From: Nitrosopumilus sp.
Lineage (GTDB): Archaea > Thermoproteota > Nitrososphaeria > Nitrososphaerales > Nitrosopumilaceae
Direction: 5' to 3'
Length of the DNA stretch: 64,000 bases
Assembly: GCA_965205215.1 (NCBI GenBank)
Contig: OZ242041.1
Location: 1,984,001 to 2,048,000 of the forward strand
Shown: one piece after another, positions 18,280 to 29,218 of the stretch
Position numbering within the stretch: the stretch's first letter is position 1
How the letters are laid out: the number at the start of each line of letters is the position of its first letter
Made by a program: the position numbers and the translations under genes
The notes under the pieces: generated by a model
What the model was told of the DNA's origin: nothing
The model's database searches: none
The model's input: the letters and a program-made list of their open reading frames with translations, nothing else

Positions 18280-19194
18280 TCACCTTGCCGATACGGTGTC
18301 AGATACCTGGATCACCTTGGACACGTCACCGTCTATGTAATAGTCGCACGACTTCATGCCGGGCACGGGCTCGGCCAACCCGCGGCCGCACAGCAGCAGG
18401 TGCATGCGCTTTAATCGTCTGGACACCGGGTATATGCTGTCTGCAAAAAAGTTCAGCCCCTCTGCAGTGCTGGAGAACACGACCGTTATGAGCGGCCCGT
18501 CCTTGGGGCTCCACACCTTGTCTGCCAGCCTCTCAAAGTCAAGGTCAAACAGCACGCCGGCGGCCTCTGACATGTCCCCGAGCTCAAAGACGGCCCACCC
18601 GCCTGAGCGGTATATCGAGCAAGCCGCGCGCGACACGGGCTCGCTGCGAGAGTCGGCCGCGATCACAAGCGCGCTCCTTCCCTTCCCCTGGCCTGCGCGC
18701 ACGCCCGTATCGCGGCCCTCTATCTCATGCAGGGAGCGCGAGATTACCCCTCCCAAGTAGTTCTGCTCGGCCGCCCCGATCTTGCCTGTCTCGTACATGT
18801 CTAGTATGGCGTCTGACGCGGGCAACACCACGTCCAGCACCAAGCTGGCAGGGGCGGCCCCTGATCTGACGCAGTTGCGGACCAGCTGCACGGCTCTCGA
18901 CTCTGACGCGTCCCTGACGCACTCCATGTATGCGGACGCGGCCCTAAAGTAGTCGTCCGGAAACGCAAAGGACTCCTGCCCGGGGCGTAGCGACCACAGC
19001 GTGACGTTGCCCATCTCCCTCCGATCCAAGGTGCCGTCTGCTGCAAGCATCCTGAGGTACTTGGATACGGTGGTGCGGCTCATCCCGAGCGCCCGGGCCA
19101 GATCCACGCCGGACATGCCCCCCCTGGCGTCCGCATCCCCCAGCGCCTTTATGAGCCGCCTCCGCACGTCGTGTAGGGGGTAGCCGCGCGCCAT
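18280..19194 (-). CDS. HTH regulator with B12-binding-like domain
   Basis: N-terminal wHTH (GVDLARALGMSRTTVSKYL); cap region with YETGKIGAAEQ; Rossmann-like C-terminus. Confidence 0.75.
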   Translation of the reverse strand: MARGYPLHDVRRRLIKALGDADARGGMSGVDLARALGMSRTTVSKYLRMLAADGTLDRREMGNVTLWSLRPGQESFAFPDDYFRAASAYMECVRDASESRAVQLVRNCVRSGAAPASLVLDVVLPASDAILDMYETGKIGAAEQNYLGGVISRSLHEIEGRDTGVRAGQGKGRSALVIAADSRSEPVSRAACSIYRSGGWAVFELGDMSEAAGVLFDLDFERLADKVWSPKDGPLITVVFSSTAEGLNFFADSIYPVSRRLKRMHLLLCGRGLAEPVPGMKSCDYYIDGDVSKVIQVSDTVSAR

Positions 19195-19290
19195 ATACGG
19201 TGTTGCGCATACATCGTATAAAGTGGTACCATGCTACGCTGCCCGCGCATATAACAAAAGTAATATTCGCACCAATAAGCGTGTCAGTCG

Positions 19291-21762
19291 TTGAGCGGCA
19301 ACACAGTACTGGCATCCGTGGGAGGCCACACGTTCCGATACAGGCACCTGATGGTCATAGCCATACTTGCCGCGGCAGTCGCCGTCGCGTTCCTGATAAG
19401 GGCCCAGCCGGCCCAGTACGGGTTCGAGCTCAACGAGTTCGACCCGTTCTTCAACTACAGGGCCACGCTCTACATGGTGGAGAACGGCATACCCGCCTAC
19501 TACGAGTGGCACGACACCATGGGCTGGTACCCGGAGGGCAGGGACGTGTCGGCCACGTCGCAGGTGGCCCTGCACATGGCGGCCGCGGTCACGTACCAGG
19601 TGTTCGGCGGCGGCATGTCCGTATACGACTACACCATACTGTTCCCGGCCGTATTCGGGGCGCTGACCGCGGTGTCCATATTTGCGCTGGTGCGCGTCAT
19701 GGGCGGCACCTCGGCGGGACTGCTCGCCGCCATGCTGTATTCCGTGTCGCTGCCCATACTGGTGAGGTCCCCGATCGGGTGGTTCAAGTCCGAGCCGTTC
19801 GGGCTGTTTTTGAGCATAACGGCCGCGTACCTGCTCGTAAGCGGGCTTTACTCTTCTGCAAACAATAGGTGGGAGGCGGCCACGAGGCTGGCGGCGGCGG
19901 GCCTGTTCATGTCGGCATCGGTGTCGGCATGGGGCGGAAACCAGTTCTTTGTCATACCAATCGGCATACTGTTCCTGGCGCTGCCGTTTCTGCGAAAGGA
20001 CCACAGCTTTCTGGTGTGGGCGGCCCCGCTGTTTGCAGTGTCGACGCTGGCGACGTCGTACCTGTTTGAGAGGGGGATTGCGTCCACCCCCGTGGCCGGG
20101 CTGGCGCTCATCGCCGCGGCGGGATTCCTGGTCGCGTGCATATTCATACAGAAAAAGAGCGCGCGCCACAAGACAAGAAACGGGCTGGCGTTCCTGGCAG
20201 CGGTGCTAATCATACTGCCGGCGGGCGCGGTCGCGGGGATAGAGGGCGGCGTCGTGCCGAACCCAGAGTACAGGTACCTCAACGCGCTCAACCCGTTCCT
20301 GACCACCGAGATACCGCTCGTGGAGTCGGTGGCAGAGCACGCCACCACCACGCTCCAGCAGTCGTTCCTGTTCCATACCGTACTCATGATATTTGCGGGG
20401 TTCGGCGCATGGCTCATCATAAGGGCGCTTGCACGATACAGGGAGGACAGGGTCTACGTCAGGCCCGACATGCTCGCGTTTGCCCTGATGATCGGCATGA
20501 CGGGCGTGTACATCAGCTCGTCGTACGTCCGGCTCGAGGTGTTTGCCGCCGTATCCGTCATTGTCATGGCGTCGCTCGGGCTCGGCATGCTCTCAAGGGA
20601 GTTCCTTGGAAGGGGCGGCACCGGGATGCACGGCGACGACTATGACGCGGCGGAATCGCATGCGGCCCGGAATGACGGCGTGCGGGCAGACGACGACCCC
20701 GGGCCGCCCGACGGCGCGCCGGATCCGCAGGACGATGCCGCGGCCCAGACCAGGACCTCGGGCCCGAGGCATCTGTCTGCGCGCGCGCAGCGGCGCGCCG
20801 CGCGCATACCTGCGCCGCCGAGGCGCGGCGGCAACAGCGGCCGCCATACCGGCAGGCGGCGCGTCCCCGGCATACTGGGCGCGCCGTACGTGGCGGGGAT
20901 AACCGCGCTGCTGCTCCTGCCTTTGGTGTTCCCTGGAAGCGGCGCGTCAGACGTCTTTACAATCACAGACACGCCGCCGACCATACTGACGGGCGGAGCG
21001 TCGTTCGGGACGCCCTCCGGCGACTGGCCCGACGCGCTGTCGTGGATAAGGAACAGCACGCCCCCAGACGCGATAGTGGCAGCCTGGTGGGACTACGGAT
21101 ACTGGATAAGCACGGTCGGCGAGAGGGCGTCGCTTGCTGACAACGCGACCCTGGACAGCGATCGTATAGAGAGGCTGGCCGACATGTTCATGAGCTCCCC
21201 CGACGACGCGTGGCGCGAACTGCGCGACCTGGACGCCGACTACGTGCTGGTCTTCGTGGCGGGCCAGCTGCTGGAGAGCGAGTCCCCCGTGCCGCTGTAC
21301 TCGCTGCAGCACGGGGGCGACGAGTCCAAAAAGCAGTGGTTCATGAGGATAGGCGGCCACGACCCCAACCTGTACCTGCACATGGACGGGATGAGCGGCA
21401 CCGAATACTTTTGGGAGAATGCCGCGGTTGCGCACTTCTTCCCGTTCAGCCTGGCCACGTACGTGAACCCGAACAACCCCGCGCAGCAGTTCCCGACATA
21501 CGTGCCGGGGGCAGTGGCCATATACGCAAAGGATATCAAATACCCGGCAGACGGGGACGGGCCGTTCAGGCTCGCGTACTCGTCGCCGTCGTTCAACGCG
21601 GAATCGGTGGGCCCGATGATCGGGATATTCATATACGAGGTCAACGCCGACTACGATCCCGAGGTGGGGAGCGCGCCGGACGTCGCGCCGGACAGCACAA
21701 TACAGGTTCCAATGCCAGAGGCCGACGACGGCGACATGCGGCCCGAAAACGACACGTCATAG
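19291..21762 (+). CDS. aglB: Oligosaccharyltransferase AglB (STT3)
   Basis: EFDPFFNYR, SVAEH, WWDYG, DNAT; many TM helices. Confidence 0.95.
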   Translation: MSGNTVLASVGGHTFRYRHLMVIAILAAAVAVAFLIRAQPAQYGFELNEFDPFFNYRATLYMVENGIPAYYEWHDTMGWYPEGRDVSATSQVALHMAAAVTYQVFGGGMSVYDYTILFPAVFGALTAVSIFALVRVMGGTSAGLLAAMLYSVSLPILVRSPIGWFKSEPFGLFLSITAAYLLVSGLYSSANNRWEAATRLAAAGLFMSASVSAWGGNQFFVIPIGILFLALPFLRKDHSFLVWAAPLFAVSTLATSYLFERGIASTPVAGLALIAAAGFLVACIFIQKKSARHKTRNGLAFLAAVLIILPAGAVAGIEGGVVPNPEYRYLNALNPFLTTEIPLVESVAEHATTTLQQSFLFHTVLMIFAGFGAWLIIRALARYREDRVYVRPDMLAFALMIGMTGVYISSSYVRLEVFAAVSVIVMASLGLGMLSREFLGRGGTGMHGDDYDAAESHAARNDGVRADDDPGPPDGAPDPQDDAAAQTRTSGPRHLSARAQRRAARIPAPPRRGGNSGRHTGRRRVPGILGAPYVAGITALLLLPLVFPGSGASDVFTITDTPPTILTGGASFGTPSGDWPDALSWIRNSTPPDAIVAAWWDYGYWISTVGERASLADNATLDSDRIERLADMFMSSPDDAWRELRDLDADYVLVFVAGQLLESESPVPLYSLQHGGDESKKQWFMRIGGHDPNLYLHMDGMSGTEYFWENAAVAHFFPFSLATYVNPNNPAQQFPTYVPGAVAIYAKDIKYPADGDGPFRLAYSSPSFNAESVGPMIGIFIYEVNADYDPEVGSAPDVAPDSTIQVPMPEADDGDMRPENDTS

Positions 21763-21946
21763 ACATGGCGCGCACGACAGGTTTGCCGTACGGCAGGCCG
21801 CCAAGTCCAGCAAAAAGAAGAGGCCGTGCGCGCATACATAATACGAGGCTCACAGGTTTGAGCGGGCAGACGGAGATTGCAGGCCCGCACGATCCGCGCG
21901 CGCCCAGCACGATCCGCGCAGGCAGATCACGCATTAGGGGTACGTT

Positions 21947-21982
21947 GCACAGGCAACCGCACAGGCAACCGCACAGGCAACC
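21947..21982 (+). repeat. 12-bp tandem repeat GCACAGGCAACC x3
   Basis: Seen directly, just upstream of the epimerase start. Confidence 0.85.
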
Positions 21983-22003
21983 GGCGCGGGGGTGGTACCG
22001 CAC

Positions 22004-22927
22004 ATGAAATTCCTGGTGACCGGCGGCGCGGGCTTCATAGGCAGCCACGTAGCCGAGGCCCTGCTTGCGGGCGGGCACTCGGTGCGGATAATCGACAACC
22101 TGCACGCGGGATCCCTGGAGCGCATATCGCACATCATGGACCGCGTCGAGTTCGTCAAGTCCGACATAAGGGACAAGGAAGATCTACGCCAGGCCATGCG
22201 CGAATGCGACGGGGTGTTCCACCAGGCGGCTCTCGTCTCGGTGCAAGAGTCGTACGCCATGAAGCAAGAGTACCGCGACGTGAATGTGACGGGCACGAAG
22301 AACGTCCTAGAGCAGGCCGCGGAGCTCGGCATAAGGGCGGTCTACGCGAGCAGCTCCAGCGTGTACGGCAACCCCCGGTCCACGCCCATAAGGGAGGACG
22401 CCCCGCTCAGCCCCGAAAACCCGTACGGCACCACCAAGGCGGACGCGGAAGCCGTGGCCCAAGAGTACATCAGAAAAGGGGCCAGCGTCATAGGGCTGCG
22501 CTACTTTAACGTGTACGGGAACGGCCAGACCGGGACGTACGCGGGGGTGATAACGCAGTTCATGAGGAGGCTGGAAAAAGTCAAGCCCCCCGTCATCAAC
22601 GGGGACGGGGCCCAGTCGCGGGACTTTGTGTACGTAAGGGACGTGGCGGCCGCAAACGTGGCGGCCATGTCAGGCCGGACGGAAAGCGGCTTTTTCAACA
22701 TCGGGACGGGCAAAGAGACCACCATAAGCCAGCTGGCGCGCACCATGATACGGGCGTATTCCCTGGATGTGGAGCCCGAGTATGCAGACGCGCTGCCAGG
22801 CGACGTCATGGCAAGCAGGGCCGACACGTCGTTGGCGTCACGGGCCATACAGTGGACATACGAAACGGAGCTGGACGACGGACTGTCCGGTATGATTCGG
22901 AGATCGCCGCCGCCATCGCCGCCATGA
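22004..22927 (+). CDS. NAD-dependent sugar epimerase/dehydratase (GalE-like)
   Basis: [27 protein letters not shown]. Confidence 0.93.
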   Translation: MKFLVTGGAGFIGSHVAEALLAGGHSVRIIDNLHAGSLERISHIMDRVEFVKSDIRDKEDLRQAMRECDGVFHQAALVSVQESYAMKQEYRDVNVTGTKNVLEQAAELGIRAVYASSSSVYGNPRSTPIREDAPLSPENPYGTTKADAEAVAQEYIRKGASVIGLRYFNVYGNGQTGTYAGVITQFMRRLEKVKPPVINGDGAQSRDFVYVRDVAAANVAAMSGRTESGFFNIGTGKETTISQLARTMIRAYSLDVEPEYADALPGDVMASRADTSLASRAIQWTYETELDDGLSGMIRRSPPPSPP

Positions 22928-23000
22928 ATTACGTGACGGCCGCGCACCCCAGACATTTCCAACCGCAGGGGTAATATTACGACGTGCGTCCGCAGCAGGC

Positions 23001-23792
23001 ATGGCAGGTCCAAGGTTTGGCAGGGACGTCACCGTAAGCGGCAATGCCGCCATAGGCGACAACGTCACCATAGGCGACAACGTCACCATAGGCGACAACG
23101 CCGTCCTAGAGGGCGACATTACCGTAGGCGACGGCACAAGAATAGACCGAGGAGCAGTCATACGCGGCAACGTCACCATGGGCAGAAACAACTGGATACA
23201 CACCTACAGCGTGATTGGAGCCGTGCCCCAGCATCTTGAGTATGCAGGAGTCGACGTGCAGGACTCGTCGGACAGGCTAGGCGGCATACGGATAGGCGAC
23301 GCCAACACCATACGCGAATTCGCCAGCGTGCACCTGTCCACCCACAAAAGCGGAACGGTCATAGGTTCGGGCTGCTACATAATGACATACACCCACATAG
23401 CGCACGACTGCCACCTACACGACCGAGTCACCATGACAAACAAGGCCACCCTGGGGGGACACGTCGAGATATTCGACGACACAACCCTAGGGTTTGGCAA
23501 CAACATACACCAGTTCTGCAAGATAGGCTCCCACGTAATGCTCGGCATGGGCAACAACATAACCAAGGACGTGCTCCCGTTCGCGCTCATCAACCGTAAC
23601 GCGTTCACGAGGATCAACCGGATCGGAATGGAGCGCTCTGGAATCAAGAAAGACGACATAGACTGCATAGAGTCGATGTATGCCACCGGGGCGTGGAAGG
23701 ACCTCCCGCCATCGTCTGCGAGCAGGTACGCCGAAGAGATAAGGGGGTTTGTAAAGGCGTCCGAACGCGGCCTGTACGAACCAGCATTCTAG
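23001..23792 (+). CDS. LpxA-like hexapeptide-repeat acyl/acetyltransferase
   Basis: IGDNVT repeats, PQH, IREF, HIAHDC, GGHV, HQFCKIG, NRIGMERSG. Confidence 0.85.
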   Translation: MAGPRFGRDVTVSGNAAIGDNVTIGDNVTIGDNAVLEGDITVGDGTRIDRGAVIRGNVTMGRNNWIHTYSVIGAVPQHLEYAGVDVQDSSDRLGGIRIGDANTIREFASVHLSTHKSGTVIGSGCYIMTYTHIAHDCHLHDRVTMTNKATLGGHVEIFDDTTLGFGNNIHQFCKIGSHVMLGMGNNITKDVLPFALINRNAFTRINRIGMERSGIKKDDIDCIESMYATGAWKDLPPSSASRYAEEIRGFVKASERGLYEPAF

Positions 23793-24289
23793 CATTGCAA
23801 CGCGCGCCGGCGACATGCTGCGCAGGGAGCAGCAGGCAGAGCGAGCGGAATGTCCGTTCTGTACGGCTTTTGCGCACAGGAGCGTATCTTTTAGGCAATA
23901 TGCGGTAAGATTGATTTTCTCCTGCGGTGGCTCCGGTGGGCGCATACCTCATCTTTCTCGTATCTGTATTCGGCTCCACTGAAATTAGGCGCCATCTTTG
24001 CATCTTGGCCAAGTCATAAAGCATCGCCCCAAAACAAATGCCCGGCAGAGTCTCGGGCCAAACTCACGTCGGGATCATGCGGTTCGGCCTGCTTGCGCAC
24101 GTGACAGGCCACATGAGCGCACCGCCGCGTTGTCGCGGGTCAGATCCGCGTCACGGATGCATCCGGTGCAGTCCACCAGTGTCAGTCCGCAGGCGCGTCT
24201 GCAAGTGCCACACAGGCCGGATCTCCGCCCCTCCGCAATCTGCGCGCCCCGCAAGGATGGTTTTTTAACTCAGTCCCGAGATCAATCTC

Positions 24290-25267
24290 ATGCGCCTGCT
24301 CCTCATATCGTCCAGGTATGACGACGGCATAGGCGGACACGCGGCCATGCTGGCCGCCCAGCTTCAAAAGCGCGGCCACAGCGTCGACCTGCTGCGCGTC
24401 CCGCACGTGCCGATCAAGAACCTCAAAAACCCGAGCTTTGCGGTACTGGCGGCCCTCCGCACCCTCGCGACCAGGCGGCAGCGGTACGACATAGTCCATG
24501 CGTTCAACGTGCCGTCGGCGCTCCCTATGAGGTGCGTCAGGGCCACTAGGAGAGTACTCTCGGCGCACGGCGTTTATGGGGAGCAGGTCGGCATGATTCA
24601 CTCACGGGCCGCCGCGCGACTCGCCACCGTCGCCGAGTCCACGGCCTTTGGATGGTCAGACGCCCTGACCACAGACTCCAAGAAAACGGCGGCAGCATAC
24701 AGAGAGCTCGGGTACGACTTTGTATACCTGCCGTCTGCCATCGACCCGTCCATGTTCGAGGGGATCGCGCGCGCCGGGGAGCGGACAGGCAAGACGGTGG
24801 CGTACGTGGGGCGCGACAGCTACGAGAAGGGGATAGACATACTGCGCGGAATCGAGCCGGACATACGCGGCCCCGTGCGGTACTGCACCAGCATGAAGTG
24901 GCGCGACGCGATGTCCGTTCTGGCGGGGTCGTCCGTAATGGTGCTGCCCTCAAGAGCGGAGAGCCTCCCCACGGCCGTAAAGGAGGCGTTCTACCTGAGG
25001 GTCCCGGTAGTCGCCACGTCAGTCGGCGGCGTCCCGGAGCTCGTAGAGGACGGCAAGACGGGATTCCTGATAGAGCCGGGCGATGCTCGGCGCATGGCAG
25101 AGGTCGTAAACGGCATACTAGACGGCTCCATACCCACGCAGGAGGTGGTGGATGCCGCGCACAGCTACGTGATGCGGCACATGACGTGGGACGCGGTCAT
25201 GCCCCGGTACGAGGAGGTATACGAGGGGCTTCTCTCAGGGGAGGGCGGGGCCGGCCAGCACAGCTAG
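24290..25267 (+). CDS. Glycosyltransferase family 4 (copy A)
   Basis: YVGR..YEKG, ESLPTAVKEA, VGGVPELV. Confidence 0.9.
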   Translation: MRLLLISSRYDDGIGGHAAMLAAQLQKRGHSVDLLRVPHVPIKNLKNPSFAVLAALRTLATRRQRYDIVHAFNVPSALPMRCVRATRRVLSAHGVYGEQVGMIHSRAAARLATVAESTAFGWSDALTTDSKKTAAAYRELGYDFVYLPSAIDPSMFEGIARAGERTGKTVAYVGRDSYEKGIDILRGIEPDIRGPVRYCTSMKWRDAMSVLAGSSVMVLPSRAESLPTAVKEAFYLRVPVVATSVGGVPELVEDGKTGFLIEPGDARRMAEVVNGILDGSIPTQEVVDAAHSYVMRHMTWDAVMPRYEEVYEGLLSGEGGAGQHS

Positions 25268-25381
25268 CCCGTCCCCGGCGCACCGGAGTGCGCGTACGGC
25301 GCAGGCATGACGGCTAGCGGGACGTCGGCTGATCGCAGCCGCGACGCTTGCAGCGGCGGGCGGCGCAGGACGGGCGGAGCC

Positions 25382-26479
25382 TCACGCGATCTTGGCCACG
25401 ATCTCGCTCATCCTCTTCAGGTGGCTTGGCCTCACGCCCGGATGGACGGGCAGCGACAGTACGCGTCCTGCAGCCCGCTCCGTGACCGGAAGCTTCCCAC
25501 GGCGGCCCTTCATGGCCGTCGCATAGAACGGTATTTGGTGCACAGGTATCGGATAGTACACGCTTGCCCCAAACCCCGCCGCGTTTAGCGCCTTTTTGAG
25601 CTCGCCCTGCGCCCCGGTCGATATGGTGTACAGGTACCAGTTGACCTCCTCGTGCGGCCGCTGCTCCGGAAGGGCGACGTCCGCGCCCTCAAGCAGCCTC
25701 GACAGCGCCCTTGCGTTTGCCCTCCTCTTTTCAAGAAACGACGGAAGCCTGCACATCTGCACCTTTGCTATCGCCGCGCTGATCTCCGGCATCCTCAGGT
25801 TCAGGCCGAAGGCCTCAGAGTCATATCCGCGCATCATGCCGTGGTTGCGCGCCATCCGCAGCGCGTCGTACAGCTCCTTGCTGTCAGTCACTACCAGTCC
25901 CCCCTCCCCCGCGGTAACCACCTTTGCCGGATACAGGCTAAAGCACCCCATGTCCCCGAACGTGCCCGACTGCCTCTTCCTGTACGTGGAGCCCATGGAC
26001 TGCGCCGCGTCCTCGACCACCCTCAGTCCGCGTTCGTCTGCGATCCTGCAGATCTCCTCCACCCTTGCCACGTTCCCGTAAAGGTGCACCGGAACCACCG
26101 CCTTTGAGCGCCGGCTTACCTTCCTCTCCAGATCCTCAGGATCCATGGTATAGTGCGTCTTGTCAATGTCAACAAACACGGGCTTTGCGCCCGCGGCCAC
26201 CACCGCGTTTGCGGTGGCCACAAACGTAAACGACGGGACCAGAACCTCGTCCCCCCTCCCTATGCCAAGCGCGTGCAGGGCGGCCTGGATGGCCGCCGTC
26301 CCGGAGTTTACCGCCACCGCGTAAGACGATCCCAGAAACCGCCTTGCGGCGTCCTCAAACTCGCGCACGTTGGGGCCGCCCTCCATGGAGGCGTCCGTCA
26401 GCGCCCCCCCTCTCAGTACCCGGCCCACCTCGCGCACCTCCTCCCTGCCCAGAACGGGCATGTTAATCGGGACGTTCAT
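25382..26479 (-). CDS. DegT/DnrJ/EryC1/StrS aminotransferase (copy A)
   Basis: NSGTAA, EDAAQS, SLYPAK (PLP lysine), GEGG. Confidence 0.93.
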   Translation of the reverse strand: MNVPINMPVLGREEVREVGRVLRGGALTDASMEGGPNVREFEDAARRFLGSSYAVAVNSGTAAIQAALHALGIGRGDEVLVPSFTFVATANAVVAAGAKPVFVDIDKTHYTMDPEDLERKVSRRSKAVVPVHLYGNVARVEEICRIADERGLRVVEDAAQSMGSTYRKRQSGTFGDMGCFSLYPAKVVTAGEGGLVVTDSKELYDALRMARNHGMMRGYDSEAFGLNLRMPEISAAIAKVQMCRLPSFLEKRRANARALSRLLEGADVALPEQRPHEEVNWYLYTISTGAQGELKKALNAAGFGASVYYPIPVHQIPFYATAMKGRRGKLPVTERAAGRVLSLPVHPGVRPSHLKRMSEIVAKIA

Positions 26480-26566
26480 GCCAGTTGCGGGGCACGCAGA
26501 TCTTAAAAGGCGAGCGGTCGGAGTGCGGCAGAAGCATCAGGCGAGGGGGCGGCGGGAGGACCCGGC

Positions 26567-27643
26567 TCACCCCAGGGATGCAATGGACTTTTCCAGCACG
26601 GGGTATGGATCCTCCATCGACCGTACAAGTTCCGCGGCCCTTTTGGCGTACACGCTCCGGGGGGTACCAAGCATCCTCTTTGCGAGTTTGACGGCCATGC
26701 CGGGATCCGATGTACGGTGCAGCGCCCCCTTGCGCGCCAAGAACCGCTCGCCCCAGTTGGGCACGGCGCCAGTCGATATCGTGGGCACCCCCAGCAGTGC
26801 GGACTCGGACGTCATGGTGCCGCCCGAGCCCACGAACAGATCGGTGTTCTCCAGCAGGGAACGGCCGTCATACGACTTGGTCAGGACTGTCACCCTGTCT
26901 CCAAACTCCTTTTGCAGTCCTCTTATCTGATCCGCATACCTTGCAAGCACCACGATTCTGGCGCCCCCCAGCCGATCCGCAAAGGCCCCGAGCATCTGCC
27001 GCATGTTGTCGTCGCCCTTCCTTATGTACGCGGACTGCTCCTCGGCCATCCTAAACAGGATTATCTTGCCCGGGCTTGCCCCCTTGCCGCCGTCCCTGCT
27101 GTAACGGGAGAACGGCGCCGCGCCGCGCGAAGCGGCGGGCGCATGCTGCGATATGATGTAGGCCGCATCAAAGGCCCTGTACGTCATTATCTGGCCTGCC
27201 CCAATCCCGTACCTGACAAATGCGGACTTTGGTATGTACGAGGGTATGAGCAGCCGCTGCACGAGCGGAACGACAAGCCTCATCTGTGGTATGATGTGCG
27301 GCGAGTCAAAGAAGGCCACGTGGTTTATTCCAAGGCCGTACGAGACACGCGCGGCCTCGGGCGAGCAGAAGCTTATTGCAAGGTCCACGCCTCCCGTACG
27401 CCCCTCAACAAAGCGCTGCAGGCGCGCCACGCGCGAGGTACTGGCCCGCAGCTTTTCGGCCCTGTCGCCCCCACCGTGCCGCCCGACAATCGCGAGGTCG
27501 ACGTCGTGTATCCTGGCAAGGTTTTCCAGCTCCCTGTATTTGCGGCCGGTACAGACCACCTCGTGCTTCCGGGCCAATCTCCTTGCCATGGGCGTAAAGA
27601 ACAGTATCTCCTTCGGGGTCAGTATGTCAAACCAGATCTTCAA
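26567..27643 (-). CDS. DUF354 GT-B fold protein (copy A)
   Basis: KIWFDILTPK, GRHGG, GSGGTMTSESALLGVPTIS; TTG start inferred. Confidence 0.85.
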   Translation of the reverse strand: MKIWFDILTPKEILFFTPMARRLARKHEVVCTGRKYRELENLARIHDVDLAIVGRHGGGDRAEKLRASTSRVARLQRFVEGRTGGVDLAISFCSPEAARVSYGLGINHVAFFDSPHIIPQMRLVVPLVQRLLIPSYIPKSAFVRYGIGAGQIMTYRAFDAAYIISQHAPAASRGAAPFSRYSRDGGKGASPGKIILFRMAEEQSAYIRKGDDNMRQMLGAFADRLGGARIVVLARYADQIRGLQKEFGDRVTVLTKSYDGRSLLENTDLFVGSGGTMTSESALLGVPTISTGAVPNWGERFLARKGALHRTSDPGMAVKLAKRMLGTPRSVYAKRAAELVRSMEDPYPVLEKSIASLG

Positions 27644-27978
27644 CGGGCTTGGTTCGGAGCACCTACTAATAATGCAATGCAACACGGCCGGAAGATCCTC
27701 CGGCCCTCATCGCCACTGCCGCAGTCATCACCATCATCACCGGCAACAGCAATAGCGACTATGTCGGCAGCATGCCACCAGACAGGCGCGTACAAGCAAG
27801 GCCGGGTACCGGTGGAACAAAACAGTATTTTGCGGCAACTTCTGCTTATCCGAAGATTTCACGGGTTGCGCCACCGATCCTTTACCAGGACAAGCAAGGT
27901 GCAAGCTACGATGCCTGCAAGTCCCGTACAATGGAGTCATTCCGCGGCCATACGCGCGATGCGGTAGCAGTCCCCCCG

Positions 27979-28917
27979 TTATTTCAGGTCCAGATAGACC
28001 GGGACGCCCCTCCTGGCCGACAGGAGTGCGGATTCGGCTATCTTTGTCACGTTGATTGCGTGCTGTGGCTTTACCCGAAGCTCTGCCTCCCCCCTGACCG
28101 CGTCAATAAAGTTCCGCATCTCCAGCAGCAGTGGTTCCTGCGCCTCTCTTTCCACGACCGACACGCCGTCGTTCTTCTCCACCTTGATCTCCTGCGTGAT
28201 AAAGTCAGAGGAGATTACCGCCTCGGTGCAGACGGCGCCAAACCTCCGCACCTTTACCGGCGTCAGCCAGTTGGAGAGTATCATTGCGACCCTGTTGTCG
28301 TCGAACCCCAGCATGATGGAGGAAAAGTCCTCATGCTCGTGCTTTATGCGCCCCGCGCTCGCAAACACCACGTTGGGCGTACTGTCAAACAGCCACAGGG
28401 CCGTGTCGATGTCGTGCACCGCGGTATCATAAATGATTCCCACGTCCTTTATGTGGAGGGGCATGCGGTTCTCCCTGTGGAACTCCAGCATCACGAGATC
28501 CCCGTACTTTTTTGAGCTGACAAAGTCCTTGACCACATCCACGGCGGGATTGAACCGCTCTATGTATCCGCATGTCAGCAGGACGCCGTTTCTGTCGGCC
28601 AGCTCGCGCAAGTTCTCCCCGTCCCTAGAGTCATACGTCAGCGGCTTTTCGACAAACACGTGCTTTTTGCGGTTCAGCAGCTTCGTGGCGATGTCCGCAT
28701 GGGTATTCGTGGGCGTGCAGACGAGCGCCGCATCAAACTCCTCACCGTCCAGCAGTCCGTCTACCGAGTCATAGCCGCGTACCGAGTACTGCTGCGAGAA
28801 CTTTCTGCAGCGCTCGGCATCGGTGTCGCATACGGCGCAGAGGGCCCCTAGACGCGAGAGGACGCGCGCGTGGTTCCTGCCCCAACCTCCCGTGCCTATC
28901 TGTGCGACGCGTACCAT
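27979..28917 (-). CDS. Gfo/Idh/MocA oxidoreductase, WbpB-like (copy A)
   Basis: IGTGGWG, VEKP, GYIERFNP, DTAVHD. Confidence 0.92.
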   Translation of the reverse strand: MVRVAQIGTGGWGRNHARVLSRLGALCAVCDTDAERCRKFSQQYSVRGYDSVDGLLDGEEFDAALVCTPTNTHADIATKLLNRKKHVFVEKPLTYDSRDGENLRELADRNGVLLTCGYIERFNPAVDVVKDFVSSKKYGDLVMLEFHRENRMPLHIKDVGIIYDTAVHDIDTALWLFDSTPNVVFASAGRIKHEHEDFSSIMLGFDDNRVAMILSNWLTPVKVRRFGAVCTEAVISSDFITQEIKVEKNDGVSVVEREAQEPLLLEMRNFIDAVRGEAELRVKPQHAINVTKIAESALLSARRGVPVYLDLK

Positions 28918-29218
28918 CTGCGAATACACCTCCGCATCCCACTTAAAACTTGACCTCGCCCAGCAAATGTGGAATTCAAAAACAAGTTCCCCACACCCCC
29001 CCCCCCCTCCCAGCTTGCATCGCATTGCCCTCCACAACGGCATTGTATGAACATTAAAGTACTTCAGAAGCTCGATCTGGTACAATTCAAGAACATCCGC
29101 TCGTCCAGACGCACTCAGGCACGCGCCAAATCCGCATCAACCGCGTTTTCTAGAGTCCCAGAAGGTCGGCATGTTAGTACACCACTTTATTATTTCCCTT
29201 GTCAGCAAAACGGCCTAG

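Larger units (their letters stand above)
24265..28963. repeat. Segmental duplication, copy A (GT4-DegT-DUF354-Gfo)
   Basis: Colinear with 40805-45583, including intergenic DNA; boundaries approximate. Confidence 0.92.

Noticed and set aside
28996-29010. Poly-C tracts here and near 17339-17349 as phase-variation switches
   Set aside because: Intergenic, not clearly within a promoter, and prone to sequencing error; no support from sequence alone
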